20,000 nt of DNA from an uncultured virus (IMG/VR IMGVR_UViG_3300030333_004050) (IMGVR_UViG_3300030333_004050), one strand, 5' to 3'; shown: positions 11,074 to 18,584, counted from the stretch's first letter. Notes: generated by a model not told the origin, from the letters alone. Program-made: numbers and translations.

Positions 11074-11382
11074 ATGGATAGACACGCTAAAGTATATGCT
11101 GGCCGAACTCTAATAGAGACTATCAGTTATGATGTTGACTGGTATCAAGTGAGGAACGAACGAAACCAATGTTTGTCTGAAACTGATATGTGGATGCTTA
11201 CCGACAGATATGACACCTTGACAGAATCTCAGAAGTCAGAACTGACTACTTACAGACAGGCACTTAGGGATTTACCGTCCGTCCACTATGACGAATCCGA
11301 CTTCGACATAGAAACTGGTTTGGGTTCAAAGGGAGCAAATGCGGCCGCAGATAATTTTCCAACGAAGCCGTCCTGGTTGTAA
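11074..11382 (+). CDS. Phage tail (fibre) assembly chaperone-like protein
   Basis: Signature 'W..VR.ERN..L.ETD...L.D...YRQALRDLP...FP.KP.W'; GGTGA RBS. Confidence 0.85.
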   Translation: MDRHAKVYAGRTLIETISYDVDWYQVRNERNQCLSETDMWMLTDRYDTLTESQKSELTTYRQALRDLPSVHYDESDFDIETGLGSKGANAAADNFPTKPSWL

Positions 11383-11383
11383 T

Positions 11384-11632
11384 CTATCGTCTCAACCTAA
11401 ACTCTTGCGTAGGATTCTGATTCAGACCTACGCTTCTCCGTTCAATTCCTTCTATTCTCGCAACGACTTGAGTGACCTTTCTTATCGACGGAACATACTT
11501 CATTCCGTCGTCTTCTAACAACTGATTTATCGTGTTAGCCGTGAGCCATTTATCACGAATCATAACACGCTTGATTCGGCGGGTCAGCGCGACCTGCCGA
11601 CGACTCATGAGGGTGAGAGAAAAAATAGGCAT
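11384..11632 (-). CDS. Small basic protein, possible winged-helix regulator
   Basis: Fills the gap between + strand genes. 'WLTANTINQLL...PSIRKVTQVV' HTH-like pattern. Confidence 0.55.
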   Translation of the reverse strand: MPIFSLTLMSRRQVALTRRIKRVMIRDKWLTANTINQLLEDDGMKYVPSIRKVTQVVARIEGIERRSVGLNQNPTQEFRLRR

Positions 11633-11761
11633 TTAACGGATTCGCGCACTAAGGACATGAGCAGGTTCTAATTCCGCGACCAAATCAATAGTCGGGCAAA
11701 AGAAGGTATTTTACGGTGTTAGAACATATATCCTCAAATACATGGGGATGCAGGCTTGAAT

Positions 11762-12271
11762 ATGACGAAGGAACTCCAACAACATGAAGTCGAATCTATG
11801 GTCATGAACTGGGAACAGGCACAGGAAGACTTCGGCCTCAGAATCACCTTTGAGACACGACTCAAGGCATATCAGCGAGACAACGAAGCACTGGCTAAGG
11901 ACTACATGGATAAGCACTTAGACGCAATCAATGTTCTTCTCGGTGTGTTGGATATATTCGACGGTCCGTTGATGGCTGACTATCATGACGCGCAGTATGC
12001 GTATGGTTCGTTCCTTCAAGTCATCGGGAACACCACACGACAGTTCCAACGGTTGCTCAGAATACTTGCACCGATACCTCAAGAAACTATCACACAATGT
12101 CTTGACACTGTCGCTACCGACCGACCTATGGATGAACTGATTAACGGCATTGACCACTTCGATGATGTCATGCTTGGCGCGCTCTTTGCGGAGCGTCAAG
12201 CGCAGATTGTCAAGACTTCCTTTGAGGACTGGGATAGTGGGAATGTAATAGTAGGGAGTGAGGAAGAATGA
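11762..12271 (+). CDS. Hypothetical helical protein
   Basis: ATG at 11762, downstream of a TGGGGATGCA motif shared with 4449-4458. Confidence 0.7.
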   Translation: MTKELQQHEVESMVMNWEQAQEDFGLRITFETRLKAYQRDNEALAKDYMDKHLDAINVLLGVLDIFDGPLMADYHDAQYAYGSFLQVIGNTTRQFQRLLRILAPIPQETITQCLDTVATDRPMDELINGIDHFDDVMLGALFAERQAQIVKTSFEDWDSGNVIVGSEEE

Positions 12272-12480
12272 GTAGCGGCGAAGGATGGTCCTTTCAGAAG
12301 TGGTTGTTGAAATACAGAAACTTCGCACAGGGCGACGACATAGTCACAATCACAACAAGGACGGGAATATGCACATTGCGCCTGTCTCACATATCCGCCA
12401 TCGTGGAGAGGAAGGACGGCTCGTTCGACATACACATGATGAGCGGCAGTATCTTTGAAGCGGACAGGTTGGATGAGTGA
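12268..12480 (+). CDS. Hypothetical protein (70 aa)
   Basis: Coupled to both neighbours (ATGA, TGATG). Confidence 0.7.
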   Translation: MSSGEGWSFQKWLLKYRNFAQGDDIVTITTRTGICTLRLSHISAIVERKDGSFDIHMMSGSIFEADRLDE

Positions 12481-13070
12481 TGCGAGTTCTCGTAGCCTGC
12501 GAGTATAGCGGACGGGTGAGAGAAGCCTTCCGCAAGCAGGGTCACACTGCCTGGTCCGCCGACCTATTGCCTGCTGACGACGGAAGTCTGTATCACTACG
12601 AAGGAGATGTGCGAGACATACTCGATAAGAAATGGGATTTGATGGTCGCACACCCACCATGCACATACCTATCGAACAGTGGAGTTCGATGGTTGCACAC
12701 TGACCCCGACCGATGGGGTTTGATGAAGGACGGTGCTGACTTCTTCAAGGAACTACTTGACGCGGACATACCGAAGAAGGCCATCGAGAACCCCATCCCT
12801 CACAAGTATGCCGTCGAACGCATTGGACGCAAATACGACCAACTCATTCAACCATACCAATTCGGACATAAAGAGACGAAGGCGACCTGCCTTTGGTTGC
12901 AGGGCTTACCGAAGTTAGAGCCGACTACTGACCTCAAGGAAGAGACGATGGCTTTACCTGCTAAAGAACGCGCGCGAATACATCACTTACCACCTTCAGC
13001 CGATAGGTGGAAAATACGAAGCACAACATATCAAGGATTTGCAGATGCAATGGCTGAACAGTGGGGCTGA
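12480..13070 (+). CDS. Short phage-type DNA (cytosine-5) methyltransferase-like protein
   Basis: 'MRVLVACEYSG' SAM-binding start, catalytic HPPCT, IENP motif and 'QP.QFGH...K.T.LW'. Confidence 0.8.
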   Translation: MRVLVACEYSGRVREAFRKQGHTAWSADLLPADDGSLYHYEGDVRDILDKKWDLMVAHPPCTYLSNSGVRWLHTDPDRWGLMKDGADFFKELLDADIPKKAIENPIPHKYAVERIGRKYDQLIQPYQFGHKETKATCLWLQGLPKLEPTTDLKEETMALPAKERARIHHLPPSADRWKIRSTTYQGFADAMAEQWG

Positions 13071-13074
13071 TAAA

Positions 13075-13233
13075 ATGGCGAAAAGATACGATAGGATAGA
13101 CGACGACAAGAAGACAATGCGAACAGTATTTTGTCGAAAGTGTTTGAAGAATGTTGAACCAAAGATGGTGAGGACAGTTCGATTCTTCGGGAAGAAATTG
13201 GGGCGTTGTCCGATTTGTAATGAGGCTGTCTGA
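13075..13233 (+). CDS. Small zinc-ribbon protein (52 aa)
   Basis: CRKC...CPIC; ATG at 13075 just after the MTase stop. Confidence 0.65.
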   Translation: MAKRYDRIDDDKKTMRTVFCRKCLKNVEPKMVRTVRFFGKKLGRCPICNEAV

Positions 13234-13397
13234 TGGTTAATGAAAACACGACGATGGCTCAATTGAAATGCGAGAAATGCGGTCGGGCGTATGCCCTCGT
13301 TGATTTCTATTACGCGCGTTGCACTGAATGTCTTGAGTGGATAGAGGCGCGCATAGCACTTGAAGAATGGAAGAAGAGGAATGAGAAAGATGGTTGA
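13233..13397 (+). CDS. Small zinc-finger protein (54 aa, not in ORF track)
   Basis: MVNENTTMAQLKCEKCGRAYALVDFYYARCTECLEWIEARIALEEWKKRNEKDG. TGATG coupling upstream; overlaps the next ATG. Confidence 0.7.
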   Translation: MVNENTTMAQLKCEKCGRAYALVDFYYARCTECLEWIEARIALEEWKKRNEKDG

Positions 13398-14346
13398 ACA
13401 GTATCAGACAGAATGGGTGAAAGGAGAGGCAATCTCCGAAGGCGTGAGACGATGTGATGACAGATATGAGATTGTCAAATCAATAGCCGAACGATACGAC
13501 CGACCATTCTCCGTTCTCGACATCGGAGCGAATCTCGGCTACTTCGGTTTTCGTTTGATGGAAGATTTTGATTGCCAGGTCACATTCATTGAAGGACACC
13601 CGACCTACGCAGATGCGTTAGAGGAACAGTGCAAGCAGAACCAGGCTGGAATACTTCTCACACGACATTTCAATCAAGAGGACTTGAGATTACTCGGTGA
13701 AGTCGAACACTTCGACATCGTCCTCGCTCTCAGTGTGGTCCATCACATACAAGGTGATGTCAACAAAACCTGCCGTCTTATTGAGAAACTGGGCGACCAT
13801 GTCATATTTGAAATGCCGAATGAGAAGAACGCGTGTGGTCAAAGGCAAGTCCATGCGTGGTATGCTGGTGACAACTGGGAACACATCGGCAGTGGAGAAT
13901 CACATTTGTTGGATGGGAAGAAGCGTCCGATTTACCTTTCACAACAGTCGAGAGAAACAATGGGAGCAAGATACATCGGAGTTCCAGCAGGCCATCCTAC
14001 GACCGTCCGTATAGAAAGCGACTACGAAAGGAAGCGAATCTCCTGGCGGAACTTCAAGGAAGAACCACGAAACTGGATTCACGGAATCAACCTCGCAACC
14101 TTCCGTCACTTCATGGGCCGCTATCCTTCTCACGAATCCATCTTGGAATCCATTGAGTCGATACTCCGAGCGCGCGACACAGAACATGGAGATGTCAGAC
14201 CTCATAACTTCATCATAGGAAATGACCTTCATTTGATTGACGAAAACGACCCTCAACACAACCCTTCCGCCTTCAAATCAGACCTCGAATGTCTTGACGA
14301 AATCAAGCGTTGGTTTGCTGGCGAAGCCCCGCACTATGAGAAGTAA
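13390..14346 (+). CDS. Class I SAM methyltransferase with a C-terminal kinase-like segment (WbdD-like)
   Basis: VLDIGANLGYF, FDIVLALSVVHHI and SHL...RPIYL. C-terminal HGDVRPHN catalytic loop followed by LHLID. Confidence 0.75.
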   Translation: MVEQYQTEWVKGEAISEGVRRCDDRYEIVKSIAERYDRPFSVLDIGANLGYFGFRLMEDFDCQVTFIEGHPTYADALEEQCKQNQAGILLTRHFNQEDLRLLGEVEHFDIVLALSVVHHIQGDVNKTCRLIEKLGDHVIFEMPNEKNACGQRQVHAWYAGDNWEHIGSGESHLLDGKKRPIYLSQQSRETMGARYIGVPAGHPTTVRIESDYERKRISWRNFKEEPRNWIHGINLATFRHFMGRYPSHESILESIESILRARDTEHGDVRPHNFIIGNDLHLIDENDPQHNPSAFKSDLECLDEIKRWFAGEAPHYEK

Positions 14347-14390
14347 GCGCGACCGAAAGAGTGAATTACCGGAGAGAGATATTTCACGGT

Positions 14391-14936
14391 ATGTCAGAAG
14401 ACATAGATGAGTGGGATGGAGAAACACTACCAGCCGAACCGGATAACGAACCCCTCGTGCGTTGGATAGCACAGATGTTGGTTCGTGGAACACGGCCGTC
14501 AGACATACGCCGAAAGGTGAATGAAGCCTCAATAGAGAAGGCTCTCACCCCCGATGAGTGGATTTCACTTATGTCCGATGCAACCGAACTCGCAAAAAGC
14601 ATGAAAGATATGGTAATCATGAAAGCAGAACTGGAAGATACGGACTGGCTTAGGTTGGACTCGTATTCCAGGCGGCGTAGGGCGTTGGAAAGAATGGAGC
14701 GTCTGATAATTCGAGCGGAAGAGCAGGCCGATACTGTCAGTAAGTTGGGCCAGGTGTCGTTCATGGTTGGTGGGATGATGAAACAACAGGACCAACTCGA
14801 TAAGATGAGCGGCGCGCAAGACGCGAAGCCGCAAGTTGTAGTCAACATTGGCTACGACCCGTTGGAACAGATGAGAGAAGTAATCGGAAAGGAGATTATA
14901 GACATCGAAGCGAACGACGAAGACGAAGAGATTTAG
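14391..14936 (+). CDS. Probable terminase small subunit
   Basis: HTH-like N-terminus, helical hairpin, 'LDKMSG...QVVVNI' C-terminal strand and acidic tail. Immediately followed by iterated repeats. Confidence 0.5.
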   Translation: MSEDIDEWDGETLPAEPDNEPLVRWIAQMLVRGTRPSDIRRKVNEASIEKALTPDEWISLMSDATELAKSMKDMVIMKAELEDTDWLRLDSYSRRRRALERMERLIIRAEEQADTVSKLGQVSFMVGGMMKQQDQLDKMSGAQDAKPQVVVNIGYDPLEQMREVIGKEIIDIEANDEDEEI

Positions 14937-15092
14937 CCGATACTTAGCCGATACTTTGCACATTTTTTGCACATCTCATTTAGCCGATACCTACGATGAT
15001 TTTTGCACATCATTTAGTCGATACCTGCGATAAAAATTGCACATCTGGTGCATTTTTGGAACTGGTGTAATTTTTGCACTGGTGCAATTTTT
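14933..15092. repeat. Iterated short-repeat array (candidate pac/terminus or origin)
   Basis: TTAGYCGATAC x4 (14933, 14944, 14980, 15014), TTGCACAT x4, 34-bp tandem units 14977-15010 and 15011-15044, and CTGGTGYA(A)TTTTT x3 at 17-bp period (15045, 15062, 15079). Confidence 0.85.
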
Positions 15093-15120
15093 ACACTACT
15101 TCGGCGCGCGCGTCATTTTG

Positions 15121-15203
15121 CCCGTGTCGAGATGGGATGGGGGTATATAATCTTTTGGTTATAGGACTCTCAAACTATCAGAAACGAAAGGTTTATACCC
15201 GAA
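15121..15203. repeat. Divergent-promoter module R1
   Basis: CCCGTGTCGAGATGGGATGGGGGTATATAATCTTTTGGTTATA...ACTATC...CGAAAGGTTTATACCCGAA. Confidence 0.8.
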
Positions 15204-15260
15204 GGCTTCCCGTAAGGGGGTGGTGGGGCGGGCGCGTCTGTCCGCGCGGCATATCCCCGC

Positions 15261-15315
15261 AGTCCGCCCCGTGTCTGAGATGGGATGGGGGTCTATAAAC
15301 TTTCAGTTTAATATA
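15261..15315. repeat. Module R2 (leftward half conserved)
   Basis: AGTCCGCCCCGTGTCTGAGATGGGATGGGGGTCTATAAACTTTC. Confidence 0.75.
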
Positions 15316-15503
15316 GGTCAGATTCAATATAGCACCCTATACGCGCGCGCGTAGTAGTAAAGGGGGGTTTGGGCCTGGATTTTGGGGGTTTGGCTTGGTC
15401 CGTTTTTCGGGGGAGTATATAAAAGACAGACTATATTTGCCCAAACCTTTATACCAAATGCTCTCGTGGCTCAGATTACCCAACAAAGGGGGAGAACGAA
15501 AAC

Positions 15504-16067
15504 ATGAACACCGAAACAACCGAAACAACCGAGACGACTGAAATGGTCACTATCGACCGCGCTTCCGGCGCAGTTGTGACCGTTGGTGCATTTGGTGGCC
15601 TTGAGGCCGCTATACGCGCTAACAGAAACGCCATAGGCGGCGACACCACCGCTACGGCCCGTGAGGTCAACGGAGAGGACTCCGTGACCGAAGCGACCTT
15701 CGTTATCTCAAACGAGGCGACAGGCGACACAATCCGCCTATCCGGCGACATAATCGTCGGCGCATCATACGACCGCACACAACCGACCGCACTACCACTG
15801 AACGCGCTTAACCTATTGAGCGCATCACTACTCGGAATGCTACGCCCTGCCGCTCGCAACGCGGCTATCGCGGCAATCGAGGCAGGCATGGACGGCGCAC
15901 CTTCTGACGAGGTCGCGCAGGGCATCCTTGACGCAGTGAACCTATCCGACGAAGCCCTTGAGGCAGGTCAACAGGTTCTCGCCGACATGAGGCGAGTTAG
16001 CACCCGCACTGTTAGCGCATCGGTTCGCTTTGACACCAACACCGCCGAGTCCGGCGTGAGGGTCTGA
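15504..16067 (+). CDS. Hypothetical early protein (187 aa)
   Basis: Long ORF. Upstream are AAACCTTTATACC (about 15443-15455) and a GGGGGAG RBS; the N-terminus has TET repeats. Confidence 0.8.
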   Translation: MNTETTETTETTEMVTIDRASGAVVTVGAFGGLEAAIRANRNAIGGDTTATAREVNGEDSVTEATFVISNEATGDTIRLSGDIIVGASYDRTQPTALPLNALNLLSASLLGMLRPAARNAAIAAIEAGMDGAPSDEVAQGILDAVNLSDEALEAGQQVLADMRRVSTRTVSASVRFDTNTAESGVRV

Positions 16068-16076
16068 GCGGGTCTG

Positions 16077-16219
16077 AGAAGGGCCAATTTCTTCTGACTT
16101 ACATAACCACTACTGGCGGCCTTCGGGCGGCCAGTGGTGGCCCTCTTAGAGGGGGCGGGTGTGGTGGCCCGCCCTCTCAACCATTCGCGGGCCGACAGGC
16201 TCGCAGTGGCCCTTTTTTT
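16077..16219 (+). other. Multi-branched structured 3' element ending in a T7 tract (terminator or small RNA)
   Basis: Closing helix AGAAGGGCCA/TGGCCCTTTT. Inner hairpins include a C(UUCG)G-capped one at 16107-16140. Confidence 0.6.
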
Positions 16220-16241
16220 CATTCCGGCCTGGCGGCGCGGG

Positions 16242-16342
16242 AGTCCGCCCCGTGTCTAAGACGAGATGGCGGTATATAATCTTTAGGTTATATTACTCTT
16301 GACTATATACTGATGCAAACTATCTAAACATCTATAACCGAA
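16242..16342. repeat. Divergent-promoter module R3
   Basis: AGTCCGCCCCGTGTCTAAGACGAGATGGCGGTATATAATCTTTAGGTTATA...ACTATA...AAACATCTATAACCGAA. Confidence 0.8.
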
Positions 16343-16360
16343 ACACCCCCAGACCCCGCC

Positions 16361-16708
16361 ATGACTGGCGGGCGCGTCGAAGGGCGAGGGGCTATCCAGT
16401 CAGTAGGAGATGAAGAAGAAATGAAATGGATATTGGAAAAGAATGAGTATAACGGATGCTCAGTATTGAGGGGCGACAGACAGACCCTCAACTGGGCCTT
16501 GAATGGGTTGTGTGAGCCGTGTCATCACGCGCTACTCCATAACCCAGTATGGCGCACATTACCGCGCGCCTGTCATGCGAGTGGGTTCATCCACAAAATA
16601 ACAGACGAGAACATATACGAGTCGCTTGAAGCATGGACCTTCTGCAAGACCTGTTCAAAAATTGTTGAAGCCGACGAGCCAATCAACAACGACGAACCGG
16701 ACTTCTGA
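16361..16708 (+). CDS. Cys/His-rich hypothetical protein (start 16361 or 16421)
   Basis: CEPC...CKTC motifs. ATG 16361 is at leaderless distance; ATG 16421 has a GGAGATGA RBS. Confidence 0.7.
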   Translation: MTGGRVEGRGAIQSVGDEEEMKWILEKNEYNGCSVLRGDRQTLNWALNGLCEPCHHALLHNPVWRTLPRACHASGFIHKITDENIYESLEAWTFCKTCSKIVEADEPINNDEPDF

Positions 16709-16717
16709 ATAAACTAA

Positions 16718-16754
16718 GACGGCCCGTCGTCAGAATACTGGCGGCGGGTCTGTC
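16718..16754 (+). terminator. GC-rich 3' hairpin
   Basis: GGCCCGTCGTCAG-AATA-CTGGCGGCGGGTC, a 13-bp stem with G-U pairs. No T-tract. Confidence 0.45.
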
Positions 16755-16851
16755 AAAACAAACGAGAATATAGGCTTTTGAGGGTATATACAACACAACC
16801 TTCATAAGGGGGAACACATACGCACAACCAAGAACAAAGAGGCGAAACACC

Positions 16852-17178
16852 ATGTCAAACTACTGCACACGAAGAGAAGACGGACAAATCAGAAACCAAA
16901 TGACCGAGTGGGGAACAACCTTTGAGGCGCGACGCGACGGCGTCATCCCTCATTCCATGCCCCTCATCAGACTCGGAGAAATCGCACCAACTGGTCAACT
17001 TCAAGGAGAGGGTTGGGGTGCTGACAACAACATGACACTTGAGCAAATGCGCGACCTATTCGGAGAGGACCAACTCGTCTATCAAGGCGACCTTCTCGGC
17101 TACGCGCACCTTTGGGTCTTAGAGTGGTCATTCGACCGACTGGCGGTCAACTGGTTTAACGACGGGGTGGTCGCTTGA
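16852..17178 (+). CDS. Hypothetical protein (108 aa)
   Basis: ORF with GAGGCG upstream; the leader (AACAAAGAGGCGAAACACCATG) resembles that of ORF 15504. Confidence 0.7.
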   Translation: MSNYCTRREDGQIRNQMTEWGTTFEARRDGVIPHSMPLIRLGEIAPTGQLQGEGWGADNNMTLEQMRDLFGEDQLVYQGDLLGYAHLWVLEWSFDRLAVNWFNDGVVA

Positions 17179-17390
17179 GTCGAATGAACATTATCGCGGC
17201 TAAGGGCTACTTGACAGGCAGTCGAGACTTGTCGTGCGACTGCGGAAACAAAGACCTTCAAGTCTCAGTGTTTAGAGGCATCAACGACTTCTTGACTTTC
17301 AGTTGCCTAAAGTGCAACGACGCGAGGTCATATTCTCTTGAAGAGTTGCTTGAGCAAGGCCGAGAGGACGACGAGGGGGCGAGTGAATGA
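17175..17390 (+). CDS. Small zinc-ribbon protein
   Basis: CDCGN...CLKC; overlaps both neighbours. Confidence 0.65.
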   Translation: MSRMNIIAAKGYLTGSRDLSCDCGNKDLQVSVFRGINDFLTFSCLKCNDARSYSLEELLEQGREDDEGASE

Positions 17391-17578
17391 GTAAGCGCAT
17401 TGACCGTCAGCGTCTCGTGCGGGCCAGTGGTCGCTCTCGTGCGGGCAAGAGAGGAAAGACAATCATTCACCCAAAGTGCGGTTCAGCGTTCAAGGTGTAT
17501 CACTTCGCGTGGTCCGCCTGCGTCTGCAAGTGCGGCGAGGTTGTCGAGCGCGAGGACTTCTTGCATCTCGTCGGCTAA
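17387..17578 (+). CDS. Small basic zinc-finger protein (63 aa)
   Basis: HPKC...CVCKC; GAGTGA RBS and ATGA coupling. Confidence 0.65.
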   Translation: MSKRIDRQRLVRASGRSRAGKRGKTIIHPKCGSAFKVYHFAWSACVCKCGEVVEREDFLHLVG

Positions 17579-17747
17579 TTGTCACCAGTGACAAAACCGA
17601 CCCTTCACACTGGACGGACGCCGAAAGGCTAAGTGCTAAGGAGACGCGTCAGCGTTTGAGCAACGGCCAGGATTTCTCAAGGGGTAAAATATCGAGTGTC
17701 CGAGTCGGGGGGTTGGCGAGCCTGCGTTTGCCCCGCACCCCTGCTCA

Positions 17748-17827
17748 CCCATGTCGAGATGAGATGTAGGTATATAATCTTTTGGTTATATGATTCTCTA
17801 ACTATATACAACCAAATGTTTATAGGG
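17748..17827. repeat. Divergent-promoter module R4
   Basis: CCCATGTCGAGATGAGATGTAGGTATATAATCTTTTGGTTATA...ACTATA...CCAAATGTTTATAGGG, with ATG 17848 at leaderless distance. Confidence 0.8.
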
Positions 17828-17847
17828 GGGAATGCCTACGACCCACC

Positions 17848-18402
17848 ATGACAACCACCACCTGCGACTACTGCGACACCTGCGCGCCTTCCGGTGCGAC
17901 TGACATTAACCCAAGAGTAGCCAACCCAAACAACCCACCTGCGGACCATTCTCACGCCGTGAGGCTTAACAGAAACGGCCACGAGTGGTTCTTGTATGAC
18001 AACGGGTGCGACTACTGCGACGCTGACTGGGCGGCTCTAATCTTAATCAACGGAGACTCAATGCTTCATCAGTTTAGCGTCGTCACTGACGCGCTTAACG
18101 CATACGACATGGCGCGCTGGGGTTCGACCTTCGGACACCCTCGCGGGTCTGACGAGGTTAGAGCGTTGTTCAGTGAATACATGACAGGGTATGGAGTATG
18201 GGGAAACCGCACTGTCAATGTCTGCCCCGACTGCTTCGACGCTGACGCGCATACAGTTGACCGCGACACTCCAGTCTTAGGAGTCAACTGCATGGACGCT
18301 GAGGCGCGCGCGGCCATGTGCGAGAGGGCAACTGCTTTCGGAGAGGCTGACCGTTTGGTTGACGAGGCAAACCGCAACTGGAGACACCCTCGCACCATGT
18401 GA
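17848..18402 (+). CDS. Cys-rich hypothetical protein (184 aa)
   Basis: CDYCD twice, plus CPDC. Bounded by the R4 promoter and a terminator. Confidence 0.8.
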   Translation: MTTTTCDYCDTCAPSGATDINPRVANPNNPPADHSHAVRLNRNGHEWFLYDNGCDYCDADWAALILINGDSMLHQFSVVTDALNAYDMARWGSTFGHPRGSDEVRALFSEYMTGYGVWGNRTVNVCPDCFDADAHTVDRDTPVLGVNCMDAEARAAMCERATAFGEADRLVDEANRNWRHPRTM

Positions 18403-18425
18403 GACAACTCACTGCTTCCATAAAC

Positions 18426-18469
18426 GGGAGTCCGTCGCCAATCCTGGCGGCGGGCTTCCACCTTTTTTT
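18426..18469 (+). terminator. Hairpin plus T7 terminator
   Basis: GGGAGTCCGTCGCCA-ATCC-TGGCGGCGGGCTTCC, a 15-bp stem, followed by TTTTTTT at 18463-18469. Confidence 0.75.
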
Positions 18470-18493
18470 GGTCGAGGTTCGCCGCGCGCAGTG

Positions 18494-18584
18494 CGTCCAC
18501 CCCGCTCTTGAGATGGGATGTAGGTATATAAACTTTCGCTTATATGATACTCAGACTATCATAACCGAAACCTTTATACCCGAA
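18494..18584. repeat. Divergent-promoter module R5
   Basis: CCCCGCTCTTGAGATGGGATGTAGGTATATAAACTTTCGCTTATA...ACTATC...CGAAACCTTTATACCCGAA. Confidence 0.8.

Noticed and set aside
15121..18584. R1-R5 as CRISPR repeats or IS ends
   Set aside because: Spacing is irregular (140-1500 bp), the copies are degenerate and contain TATA boxes, and there is no transposase or integrase in the window.
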